Of a DNA stretch of 64,000 nt, positions 28,518-40,962 are shown one piece after another (the first letter of the stretch is position 1; every line of letters starts with the position of its first letter). The translations under genes and the position numbers were made by a program. The notes below the pieces were generated by a model that was not told the DNA's origin, made no database searches, and saw only the letters and a list, made by a program, of their open reading frames with translations. This DNA is from the human T2T-CHM13v2.0 reference genome, Homo sapiens: assembly GCF_009914755.1 (NCBI RefSeq), contig NC_060926.1; one strand, given 5' to 3'.

Positions 28518-30619
28518 CATTGATGCATACCTCGCACCATATAAAAATTGATTCAAACCAGATCATAAACCTAATAGAATATTCAACTATAAAATTTCTA
28601 GAAGAAAGCATAGGAGAAAACCTTTATGATCTTCGGTTAGGCAAAGATTTCTTACATATGACACTAAAAGTATTAAAAATAATAACTGTATCAGAATGAA
28701 AACCTTCTGCTCTACAAAAGACACTGTCAAGCTACAGACTTGGAGACATATTTGCAAATCATATATTTGATAAAGCATTTGCATCCAGAATATAACAAGA
28801 ACTCTCAAAACTCAATAACAAAAAATACCCAATTTTTAGAAGAGGATATATGTTGGCACATACGTCCATGGAAAAGATGCTCAGTGTCATTAGTCTTTGG
28901 GAAATGCACATTAAAACTACAATGAGGTATCATTATGCATCTATTATAATATCCAAAAACGTAAAAACTAACCACATCAAGAGTTGGCAAAAACATAGAG
29001 GAATTGAAATTCTCATGTACTGCTGGTGGAAATGAAAAGTGGTACAAGCACTTGGAAACAATTTGGCAGTTTCATAAAAAGTTAAACATACTACTGTGTT
29101 ATTCAGTCATTCCACTCCTAGGTTTCTAACCAAGAGAAATAAAGCTTATATCCATACAAAGAATTTTATACAAATGTCCATAGAAGCTTGATTTATAATA
29201 GCCAAAAGAGGAAACAAACCAAATCTCCTTAATGGGTAGAAGGATAAACAAACTGGAATATCCACAAAATGGAATTCTATTCAGCAGTGAAAAGGGGTAA
29301 ACAATTAATCACCATGCTACAACATGGATGAATCTCAAGATAATTTATGCTGAGTGAAAGAGCCAGATAAAAAACAGTACATAATGTATGACACCATGTA
29401 TATAAAATTCTAGAAAATTTAACCTATAGTGACAAAAAGCAGATCTATAGTTGCCTAATGATGGACAATAAGGGGGAGGGCAGGAAATCAGAGGCAGGAT
29501 GGAGGGATTGCAAGTGACAATTGCATTCCCATCACTTTGAGGGGGCTGGGTATGTCCACTGTCTTAACTGTGGTCATCGTTTCACAGGTATGTACATACG
29601 TGAAAACATTAAATTGTACACTGCAATTTATTATATGTGCAATTAATTTAACTTAATTCTATTACATATAATGTATTACATTTGCAATTTATTATATGTC
29701 AACTATTCACCAATGTAGACATTTTAGTAAAAATATGTGTACATATTTATATGGTTGGGAGAGGGCATAAGCACCAAAAGATTGAAACAGCTTGTTTTTC
29801 TCCTCCCCTTTTTTCCTCCTTTCTTCCTCCTCATCCTTCTCTTCTTTTGCTTATTTACAATTTCTGATTTTCCAAAAATGACATGTATTACATGGGTAAC
29901 AAATGAAAAAGAGGAGAACAACGTGAAACAAAGGAACCAGAGAGATAAAGAGGAAAGCTAGTGATTTTGTTAACAATGGGAGCAGGAGACACAGTTTGGA
30001 GGAATTAGAAAGAACATCTCTTATTCCAGAACAAAGATTTTTACAGAAGTTCATCAGGAACAAAGAATTTAAGGACAAAATTGATGGACTTTCATGCAAA
30101 CCAAGTTGTCAGAAATATCCAAGGCAGGTTCACCGATTATTACAGTTTCAGAAAGATGCACATAAATAAGTAATTATGGTTGGTTGTTTTCCAAGCAGCA
30201 ACTTCAATGAAATATGCAGAAGCAAAAAACTGGCCCAGTTGGTGGCTGAGGGTTTGGAAAGAACAAAATCACTTTCTACATAATGATAAATTTCCAGCTA
30301 AGAGAGGATAGATGGTCTAGGTCAGATTTATTGCCAGTGGCAGTTCTAATATACAGTTTTCTGTTTTTAAAAGAATTAGCTGCTACATTATTACAGCTGA
30401 CATACTTAGTGACCTAGCTAATTTTCAGGAATCAAGAGTTGTGCAAATGATAGTTGTGTATTAGAGCTGATGGCTGGTGAAACCATGACGCAGAGGTTCT
30501 AGAAGATCAAACGTTAAACTATGTCCCAAAGATACTGTAGCACTCCAAGGCAGGGTACTTCAACTGTCTGCTGTTTCATCCAGTACACAATCGAAGACAC
30601 TTATGACGGGTTGGAGAAG

Positions 30620-30805
30620 TGAGGAGTCAGCATAGCTCAGTGGTCATGTCCCCAGTCTCAGGAGACTGATCAAACAAGTTGAGATCCCAGCTCCACCACT
30701 TACTAGATGTCCTTGGCTACTTCATTTTTCTCATTAGCCTAATACGAATTCCAGTAGTTAGTTGTGGGTTGTTATGAGGATGAAATAATACATGAGAAGC
30801 ACTTA
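30620..30805 (+). mobile_element. MIR SINE
   Basis: 'cagcatagctcagtgg...gatcccagctccaccacttactag...ccttgg...ggttgttatgaggatgaaa'. Confidence 0.65.
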
Positions 30806-31267
30806 TGTTAAAAATGTCACACTTTATAATAATGTCCTTGATGAAACTTAGAAAGTTTTGGTTTGTTCATAAATGAAAATGAAAATAATAAATTAAAAAA
30901 TAGAATGTTAGAGTATAAAGAGACCATGGTCCAATTCTCCAAACTGAGGCCTAGGGAATTCAAACTGAAACAGCTAGCGATAGCCCTCCGTGTTTAAAGT
31001 TTGTCCCATATGTCATGCAGAACAACAGTTGCTTGATATTCCTCATCTGGATTCACGGTCAGTTCTTCATCAGCTCATAAGCTTCTACTGAGCAATGATG
31101 AGGATGTTTTAAGTAAGTGCAAAATGGTCAGCAAAGCTGAGCTCACCAGGGTGCTCAGTAAGTATTACCTGGTGATGGTAATTACACGACAATGAAGAGA
31201 CAAAGCAAGAGACTAGCTCCAGAAGCTCCCTAGTGTGAAAATGAATCCCATTCTCTTTCGCTCTTCC

Positions 31268-31304
<37 letters not shown>
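31268..31304 (+). repeat. Compound (CT)n(CA)n microsatellite
   Basis: Read directly. Confidence 0.95.
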
Positions 31305-31305
<1 letters not shown>

Positions 31306-32683
31306 GTCCCATCTTCTTTGTCTTTTTTGCCTGGTTCGATACGCATTTATGCAGTGAAACCAACTCATTCTAAAACCAGCATATTGAGAAATATGACTTA
31401 AACTTAGCTCCCACGTGAGGTTGTTCAACTGTTCATCTGTAATACCATCAAATAAGCGAAAGGGTGTTAAGTGTGGTATGGAGGAGGTGTCAGATTCTAT
31501 CCTTTTCTTCCGGAACATCAGAAGGGAATATTAGAAAACTAAATATTTATATGGATGAAATGCCTGGCAAGGACTATGACTTGGCATGCCTTCTATATTT
31601 CCTTTAGTGAGTTCCAAAAAGCCTTTACCTGTTTTCCAAAAGGCTTAATCACAGTATTCCTACTCTTCAGCAAATATGCCACTCTTTTTGGATTTTAGTA
31701 CATTCAGCCATCAAATGATGATGTGACAGTGAGACCTTGTTCAACCTAGAGAATATCTGCATTCAGCTCTGTCTGTGCTAGGGAACTTATGCCAGGACAC
31801 ATTATTTCAGATTTACAGACTGTTTCTATCTATTCTAAAATACTTGTGCTGCTCATTGTATATAAGACAGAAGAGAAATCAAGTCCTTAACTACCCCCAA
31901 CCCTCTTTCATGGCAGCTTCCTTCAAACTCCTACTCAGCTTGGATCTGCAATTCAGTAGATTCAATCCCAGCGTGCAATAGAATATAGGGATGAGCGGAG
32001 CCAAGTGGAGTGAAAAAGGGGGAATAGAGATTCTTCCAGCTTCTCCTGAGTAATTTCTCTACATGTGGTTTCATTATTGTTTTTAAAACAAATCCCACTT
32101 AATTGAAAACCATGCACCAAAATGTGTTCCAAATGTAAATAAACATACATTATTTTCAGACTTTCAGCTATTTAGGGCCATTCACCCACCTGCTCCTCTC
32201 TCCACTACTTAGAAATTATCAAAACTTGACTCTGTCATTCTACAAAATGCTTCTTTGTCCCAAATTTTGCATCTTGTCTCTGCTGTATTTTCACAGGATA
32301 ATGGAAAATAGTGACAGGGCACCAAAAAGGGTCTGGCTGTAAATGTGAAACTAATTGAATCTTCCCAAGGCAGTTGCCAACAGCATCCTGACCCTTGCTG
32401 GGAGTGTTCCATATTGCGATGAAAAGGCAAATTGTAGCTCAAATATGTCTTCACTGTAAGTGCATTGGGTCATTTACCTTAACAATGTGAACGTGCGCTC
32501 ATTATCATGTTCAACTTGATTAGTGTATGGTCTAACATTTAAAAATGCACTTCAGATAAAAGAATGTATAAATGCATGATTGGTTCCTAATAAATTGAGC
32601 AACCCCTTAATGAACTGTGAGCGATCTAGAGAGGAACTATTACATACCAGTCATAGAAATGGCAAACCAGACAAAAATAGATG

Positions 32684-32700
32684 GTGTATGTGTGTGTGTA

Positions 32701-32747
<47 letters not shown>

Positions 32748-32748
32748 T
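32684..32748 (+). repeat. (TG)n microsatellite
   Basis: Long, mostly perfect TG run. Confidence 0.95.
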
Positions 32749-33317
32749 TTGGGGAGAGATCTTTCTCCATCTTCCATGATACACTGATTGCTGCCTTTAT
32801 TGAAAAAAACAACGAAGAGAATTCAAGGCAACCAGGGAAATTAGTTCATTTAGGACCCAAACATAAATGAGAGCCATCTTTTGGCAAATATTCAGTATAG
32901 CTTTCCTGACATACCCAAACAGAAAAGCTTAGAGGGGCATGTTGTGAAAACTCTTAAATGAGCTTTCTTGCTGTTTTTTTTTCAAGAAAATATAAGATAG
33001 AGTTGGTGTAGGATATAAGATCTTCTTAGTCATTTAAGACAAATTCTTAGTCATTTTAGACAAATTCTGCTCTACTCTGTCTATTCTCATTTGTCTCTTT
33101 TCCCCCATGCTTTTCTTAAATTTCTGTGTGAAAGATACCTTATATTTACTTCTGATCAGAATCTAAAAATGTTCAGATGAATGAGGCGGCATGCCTCTCT
33201 ACTTTATTTCTTATTCATGTTAGGTGAATTTTAAATGTGAGCTAGGAGAGCTTAGATATTTATTTGGCATCAGGCTCCATATGCATATTTCCATAAAAAA
33301 CTTGAGAAAAAAATATA

Positions 33318-36113
33318 CATGTTAAGGATCCATAACACTTCTGAAAATCTGAAATCCAAAATGCTCCAAAATCTGCAACTTTTTGACCATCAACTTGACA
33401 CCACAAGGGGACAATTCTGCACCTGACTTCATGTGACAGGTCTTAGTCAAAACTGTGTGTTGTGACACACAGTTTATGTGTGTGAAAGGAAAAAGACCTT
33501 CCAAGTCCTCTTTGGCGGTGATATCTTTTCCATTCATACCTAGATTCTCCCATGCAAACACACCCACAAAGTGTAATGAAATGACATGTGAGCAGTCTGG
33601 ATGTGCCAACAGCAGGTTCCCCATGATGCCCCACGTGGGATCGAGACAGTAACATCTTTGCTTTCTGATGGTTCAAGGTACACAAACTTTATTTCATGCA
33701 CAAAATTATTTAAAATATTGTATAAAATTACCTTCAGGCTAAGTGTATAAGGCATATATCAAAATACATGTAGTCACTATATTTTTTGCTTATTCTCTGC
33801 TCTGTGATGCAAAGATATTATTAAAAATGTCAAAAAGACCTGAAGATTCCTTTGTGGGTAACAGTGACAAGAAAAAGAGGAAATGTTTATGTTTATTTAT
33901 AGCACAGAAAGTCAAGCTGTTGGAGAAACTAGACAGCAGTGTAAGTGTGAAGCATCTTATGGAAGAGTATGGTGTTGGAATGACCACAATATATGACCTG
34001 AGAAAACAGAAGGATAAACTGTTAAAGTTCTGTGCTGAAAGTGATGAACAGAAGTTAATTTTAAAAACAGAAAAACACTGCATAAAGCTAAAAATGAAGA
34101 ACTTGATTGTGTATTGAAATGTGGATTCATCGGAGTCACTAGGCCTCTTAATGGTATGATGATCATGAAACAAGAGAAGATACACCATGATGAACTCAAA
34201 ATTGAAGGGAACTGTGAATATTCAACAGGCTGGTTTAAGAAAAGACATGGCATTAAATTTGTAAAGATTTGTGGTGACAAAGCATCTGTTGATCATAAAG
34301 AAGTGGACAAATTTATTAACAAGTTTGCCAGGGTCATTGCTAATGAAAATCTGATGCCAGAGCAAGTCTATAACACTGACGAAACATCACTGTTTTGGTG
34401 TTATTGTCACGGAAAGACACCGACTACCACTGATGAGACAGTGCCTAAGTAATTAAGAATGCTAAGGACAGAATAACTGTGTTTGGATGTGATAATGCGG
34501 CAGGCACACTAAGTGTAAACTTGCCATGATAAGCAAAAACTTGCATCCTTGGTATTTTCAAGGAATGAATTTCTTACCAGTCTATTATTATACTAACAAA
34601 AAGGCGTGGATCACCAGGGACATCATTTCTGACTGGTTTCATAAACATTTTGTACCAGTGACTCATGCTCACTGCAGGGAAACCAGGCTGGATGATAACT
34701 GCAAGATTTTGTTATTCCTTGACAATCGTTCTCCTCATCCTCCAGCTAAAATTCTCATAAAAATAATGTTGATGCCATGTATTTTCCCCCAGTGTGACTT
34801 CTTTAACTCAGCCATGTAACCAGGGTATCCTGGGATCAGTGAAGAGTAAATACAAAAATACACTTTCTTGAACAGCATGCTAGCAGCAGTGAACAGAGGC
34901 ATGAGTGTGGAAGGTTTTCAAAAGAAGTTAGCATGAAAGATGCCATATCTACTCTTACCAAGGTCTGAAACACAGTGACTAAAGACACAGTTGTGCATGT
35001 CTGGCACAACTTCTGTCTGTGCAATTATGTTGAGTGATCATGATGGACAAGGTGGTAACTGTGAAGGATTCTGTATATCTAATGAGAAAAAAAAAGATGC
35101 CTGGCCCCCTTACTTATGCAAGGTACATACCTCAGAGTCTGTCAGCAAGCTGGAAGAAGCGGGTATCAAAGAAGTTTTTAACATCAATAATGAGGCTCCA
35201 GTTGTTCATTCATTGACCAGTGGTTAAACGGCCAAAATGGTTCTGAATCAAGGTGATCATGATAATAGTGATGATGAGACGACCTTGTTAACTCTGCAGA
35301 ATTGCCTATAGACCACATGCTGAAAATGTGTGGTGGGCTTATGGAAGGACTAGAGCAGCATGCATTCATTGCAGAACAAAAAAAAATGTCAGTTTATAAA
35401 ATCAAAGAGAAACTCCTAAGACAAAAACTGTTGTTAATGAGGCTGATGATTCTGGAGGAAACATCTAAAAAGCCATCCAGCAGAATGCCTCCCCACGCCT
35501 AAAGGACCCACTTCCTGGTCCCTCAACTCCTGATGTTTCTTCTCACCAGAAAAGAAAATACAGTGTATCTTTTATTCAAAGCCCAGCATCATAGATGGAG
35601 ACTGAAAGCCTGCCGTTGTTGGTTGTCGTTGTTTTCTAACAGCTGACACGGGTATTCTGGTGATGTTGCTGTGCTGCTGAGTTACCCTGAACACATTATC
35701 TTTTCACTGTATTAATGGTATGCCATATTTTTTACTGTTAAGTACTTACAATTAAATAAATGTAAGAAAATGATTGCTTATCAGGAGCATATAAATCCAG
35801 AATCACGAATGATGGTGATGCCAAACAACCACAGATTGTCCCCATGGGTGGCTGAGAAAGTGACACCTTTGCTTTCTGGATGGTTCAAGGTACACAAACT
35901 TTATTTCATGCACAAAATTATTTAAAATATTGTATAAAATTACCTTCAGGCTACGTGTATGAGGCATATATAAAACACAAATAATTTTGTGTTTAGTTTT
36001 GGGTCTCATCCCCAAGATATCTCATTGTGTATATGCAAATATTCCAAAATCTGAAAAAATCTGAAATCCAAAAAAATTTGGTCCCAAATTTCAGATAAGG
36101 GACACTCAACCTG
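33318..36113 (+). mobile_element. Full-length Tigger4/Zombi-type TcMar-Tigger DNA transposon
   Basis: TA on both sides (33316-17, 36114-15); right terminal inverted repeat (TIR) 'taagggacactcaacctg', degenerate left TIR 'catgttaaggatccataa'; 2796 bp; internal transposase. Confidence 0.88.
33827..35500 (+). pseudogene. Disrupted pogo/Tigger transposase (CENP-B/Jerky-like HTH plus DDE_1 domain)
   Basis: MSKRP...KKRKCLCLFIAQKVKLLEKLD...LMEEYGVGMTTIYDLRKQK (HTH); 'STGWFKKRHGI'; 'QVYNTDETSLFW'; 'KILLFLDNRSPHP'; 'QPCNQG' (third Asp lost). Multiple stops and frameshifts. Confidence 0.9.
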
Positions 36114-36223
36114 TACCATGCAGATCAACATCAAGAAATGCTTACATGGTGTTGGGGAAGCACAGGAGGAATACAAAGAAGTAGGAGTCAGGCTCCTCAT
36201 CATAAGCCAGGCAGCACTTGCTA

Positions 36224-36357
36224 AGTGCCATATTCGTGCAATCAACAGCACACACAGGAGCAGAGTTCATTTGAGACAGGATGGTGGGGAAGGGCTCATG
36301 GAAGAGATGAAACTTGAATGTGGCCTTAAAAGATGTGACTGGACAAAGATAAATCCA
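36224..36357 (+). repeat. 134-bp inverted duplication, arm 1
   Basis: Reverse complement of 36954-37087; 131/134 identical. Confidence 0.97.
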
Positions 36358-36764
36358 GAGAGGGCAGAGGACATTGGGGCAGGAGGCCCCAACTGAGAAG
36401 GAGCACCATGTGGCTAGGGTCTACTGGGGAGCCCTGAAGAGCCTGCAGGGAGAGTCCACGGCGGGAACACAATGGCGTGAGAGTTAAGGGAAGTCCAGAG
36501 GCTGAGGATGCTGAAAGCTGGCTAAGAATGGGAAGGCGTCAAAAGCTTCAGAGGAAACCAGTGGCTCTGCAGAGAAAGATGTGTATATAGCCTATATCCA
36601 TAGGCTATATAGTCTAGGCTGTAAGGGGCAAGTGACTGCAAGCAGAGAGTCCAGGGAGAGGACATTCTGAATTCAGTAGGCATGGGTGGGGAACAAAAGA
36701 AGGCCAGCAATGAGGACGAAGTAGTGTGAAGACAGAGATTCTCTGGGTCAGAGGTCTACCCCAA

Positions 36765-37280
36765 GTGGCAGATTTTCCAAAGATAGAGGTATACACATAT
36801 ATAAAACTCCAACATATTTTTCTTAAAATGAGGCAGTGACATTCCTCTATCAACAAGTGGGGTCTATGTTGTCTCCTCTTGAACCTGGATGGAACTTTGT
36901 AACTACTGCAACCAACAGATTGCAACGGAAGTGATGCTGTCTCTGTCTCTCAGTGGATTTGTCTTTGTCCAGTCACATCTTTTAAGGCCACATTCAAGTT
37001 TCATCTCTTCCATGAGCCCTTCCCCACCATCCTGTCTCAAATGAACTCTGCTCCTGTGTGTGCTGCTGATTGCACGAATGTGGCACTGAGAGAGAGAGAA
37101 AGAGAGAGAGAGACTGCAGAGAGAGATACCTGAAGGGCACTATCTTTTGAACCCTGTTCGAGTCTTCCACACTATGAGGCAGAGACATCCTCACTGTGCC
37201 CTACCCTGAACAGAAGAATCCATGAGCATAAGGAATGGTTGTTTTATGCCATTTACTGAGTTTTGGGGTAATTTGTTCTG
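36765..37280 (+). mobile_element. MLT1-family solo LTR interrupted by the 134-bp inverted copy
   Basis: 'cattcctctatcaacaagtggggtctatg...ccttgaacctgg...accaacaga...gaagtgatgctgt' then 'ccatgagcata...ggttgttttatgcca...gttttggggtaatttgtt'. Confidence 0.75.
36954..37087 (-). repeat. 134-bp inverted duplication, arm 2
   Basis: tggatttgtctttgtccagtcacatc...gcacgaatgtggcact is the reverse complement of arm 1. Confidence 0.97.
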
Positions 37281-37358
37281 AAGCCATCATACCTGTAATA
37301 TCTCATCTCTTGATTCTAAATCCATTAAGCACATCTTGCCCTTCGGCAGTCCCTATTC

Positions 37359-37555
37359 CAGTATTTGGCAAAGTTTTTCTATAAAGGACCACAGAGTAAA
37401 TATTTCAGGCTTTGCACCTGCTCTGCCATTGTAGTGTGAAAGCAGCCGGAGACAATACCTAAACTAATAAGTCTAGTTGTGTTCCAATAAAACTTTATTT
37501 ACAAAAACAGGGAGCCAGCTGAGTTTGGCTTGGGGGCCTAGTTTGATGACCTCCA
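37359..37555 (+). mobile_element. MER58A (hAT-Charlie)
   Basis: 'ggcaaagtttttctataaaggacc...gtaaatattt...ctgctctgccattgtagtgtgaaagcagcc...gtgttccaataaaactttatttacaaaaacagg'. Confidence 0.85.
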
Positions 37556-40527
37556 TCCTATACTTAGGGTCATCAGTAGTAAGCCTCATGATCATAGTTA
37601 TACCAGGTTAGTCCTGCAGGCTGCATCAGAAAGACAGGGATGGAACGTAAGAGCCAAGTCCAGGACTGAGTCGCAGGTGCCAGAGTGAATGAAAGGTCTG
37701 AGATGACACATTTCCCACCCTCCACCCACTGAGCAACCCCAACCGTTCCCGCCACCACAGTAGTTAGGTCTTCAGAGCCATCCTAAGAAAGAATCCTTCT
37801 TCCTTCTATTTTACTTTATTCCTAATTGCCCCATATTGACCGTGTTCAGCACTGTAATCCTGAGGGTTTTCCTATAGACTCAAAGCATCACTGATTTGTA
37901 AAACCCAGTTCCCTGTCTCTAAGTGCTCAGAATTCATTTCAGAAACCAAAAAGGTACTCTTCACCCATGATACATGGAACTCAAGGATGGGTAAGAATGC
38001 ATCCCATAGTCCAATTCCTATTCCTTGAAATGCCATCAACTGTGAGCTGCAAAAAAAGGGACAAGTAGACAGGAGAGTACAATGGGGCTGCGCTTTTGTT
38101 CCTGCCTCCTGAGAGCTGGGTAGCTGCTGTTGGGTCCTTGATATCTTTAAGTGCTGGTTTTGCAATGCTGGTGAAGTATGCAGTACTGAGTTCACAAGTT
38201 CACATCACAGAATACGCAGACCAAGAGGCCTTAATGAGAGACAGAAGGACTATAAGCTAGCCAGAAAACTTGCCTCTCCTTCCTCCTGGTTTTACAGGAT
38301 TCTCTAATAAGGGGATAACTTGGAGAAAAAGGAAAGAAACTCAACTAAATGTAACAGCAGGAGTCCTTCAGCAATCTTCTAAGCAGCTTCCTGAGAAGGC
38401 CTCCAGCCATTCAGCGGAGCCCAAAGGCTTAATGAGAGCAGCCTTATTGCAGGGCCTGTACACAGCAGCCTGGAGGCTGGTTTCCCATCGGTCTTTGCCC
38501 TCCACACATCAGCTGGCCACGCAGAGAAAGCAGGACAGGGAGGGATTCTCGGTGACTGTTCACAGCCCTGACGCAGCTGTTATTTTAGGAGATGTATAGA
38601 TCCAGTTTGCCTTATATAATGGGGTCACTGGAATGTAGGTGGTACAGGGTGCTAAGAAAATGAACTTGCAATTTCATTTCTAAGATAAATGGGGAGTAAG
38701 AATAGACTTACAAAGAAAGCTTCTATTTCATCAGTGTAGGAAAACATGGCAATCCCAAGCACAGATTGGTTAAAGGGAAGGGTCTTCACCCTTAGAAGGT
38801 ACACAAATGCCTATCAGCCTGACCTAAAGCGCTCTCGTGCATTGGGTCAGAAGTTTGGCAAGCTTAAACAGCGTAAGTAGAACCGGTTTGGGAATCTTTG
38901 AATGAGGAAGACTGTTTCTTCCTCTCCTACTTGTCCCCTAAATCGTGACAACTTTGTGAGGGAGCAGGACAGCAATCGCAGTGAACTGTCACCTCAGGTC
39001 TCAGAGGGACTGATACATTCTTTCAGAAAGCACTTGATAAGATGGCTGTTTGTAGGAGAGTTGGCTTGACCCTTCTGGGAAAACTGTGTAAAAGAATTGC
39101 TTTGATTTATAAAAGGTAGCAGACTGGATTTCTGTTCTGCAGTCCCACAGCTAGACTTTACACAGAATCAGACTGTAGTTTCCAATGCAGAGGGATGCAT
39201 TTGTGCCAGTCAGGGAACACTAACAGGTGATCTGGAGAACTTCACCTGGGTCCTGGGGCAGCCATGGCCTGGCCGGGTCAAGCAGGACAGGGTCAAGCCA
39301 TTGACTATCCCTCAGTCTTCTCCTCTGCAAAATGGGTCTAATAAACCACCAGAGATCACCCAGCTGTTACGAGCTCCAAATGAGATCACATATGGGAAGG
39401 TACATGGTAAACTTGGGAGTGCTTTGCAAAGTTATTATTTTCATGACATTCTATATAACTGTAAGCAAAATTCAAAGGGAGGAGAGAGAAAAAGAAAATA
39501 GAGATGATCTGGTGACGAAGTGTTTTTATTATTAAACATTTAGAGAGTGCTTTATATTTTCAGAGAGCATAGCAGTCTTTTTTTCTTGAGTTCCTTTGAC
39601 AGGTTAACATCACACTCACTGACCTTGGAATAATTACCAGCTCCAAAATATGGCAGAAAGGGGAAATGATTAGAAAGGTAGTAGTGTGGCTGTTTCATTT
39701 CTGCATACCCACAAACATTAGCCATCAAGAAATTGCTTTATTTTCCATGAGACATCTAAACTGAAGACAGCATAAAATGGAGCCCAAGACCAAATTTCAG
39801 CTGTAAACTATAGTTATTTCTCTTCTCTTTACCACAAAATCAGGCTAGAAACTTAAAATTCAATATTTACAAAACCTATGAACCGAAGTCCTGATTTTCC
39901 TAAGTGGTGCAGAAAAAATAGATTCCTGAGATTTGTTCTGGAAAAGCCAGATAGGCCTTCTGAGGCTCAACCCTGTGCCCTAATCAGAGCTACGTGCTTG
40001 AAGTGTGCTGGTCAAAGGGAGATAGGTCAGCTCTGATCCCTTAAAGCAAACTGACGCTGAAATCTCTGATATCTTAAAAACAAACAAAGCTTTGGCAGTT
40101 CTTTTTATTACTAGAGATGGAGGCTTAAATGAAGGGCCGGGGTGTACATATTTTAAGGGAGTAAAACAAAAACAAAATAAAACATTTCAGTGGGCGATGC
40201 AAACATCAAGCCAAAATTCTGTTCTGCATTTGGGGCAAAGAGAAGTGAAAGGACCTCATGTTCAAAGTTTGGTTTTGGCTTGAGCCGAGTTGTGGCAAAA
40301 CTGGGGCGGTTGTGCCTTTTCCTCCTCTCCTGGACTGGATTCAGAGGGCAAGGCAGAAGCCTGGTCCTTTTCTAGGAAGGACATGGACAAAGATGCTCAC
40401 AGTGGTGGCAGGCCAGGGTGCAGGGAGGAAGGGGACCGAGGGATGCCCAGGAGTAGCAGAAGAGCCTCCCTGTGGAGGGCAGTGGCTGCCCCGCTCCAGA
40501 AAGGAGGTCTAGCTAATACCAAATTTA

Positions 40528-40962
<435 letters not shown>

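Noticed and set aside
28278-28699. ORFs with poly-Glu/Gly or poly-Leu/Pro tracts
   Set aside because: Produced by a GGA/GAA repeat inside decayed L1 ORF2.
29927-30169. Stop-free frame of 80 codons on the plus strand (…SLEELERTSLIPEQRFLQKFIRNKEFKDK…)
   Set aside because: No ATG, no convincing splice sites and no recognisable homology.
33743-34819. JRK/TIGD-like domesticated gene
   Set aside because: The frame is broken repeatedly, the third catalytic Asp is lost, and TIRs with TA flanks mark it as a transposon fossil.
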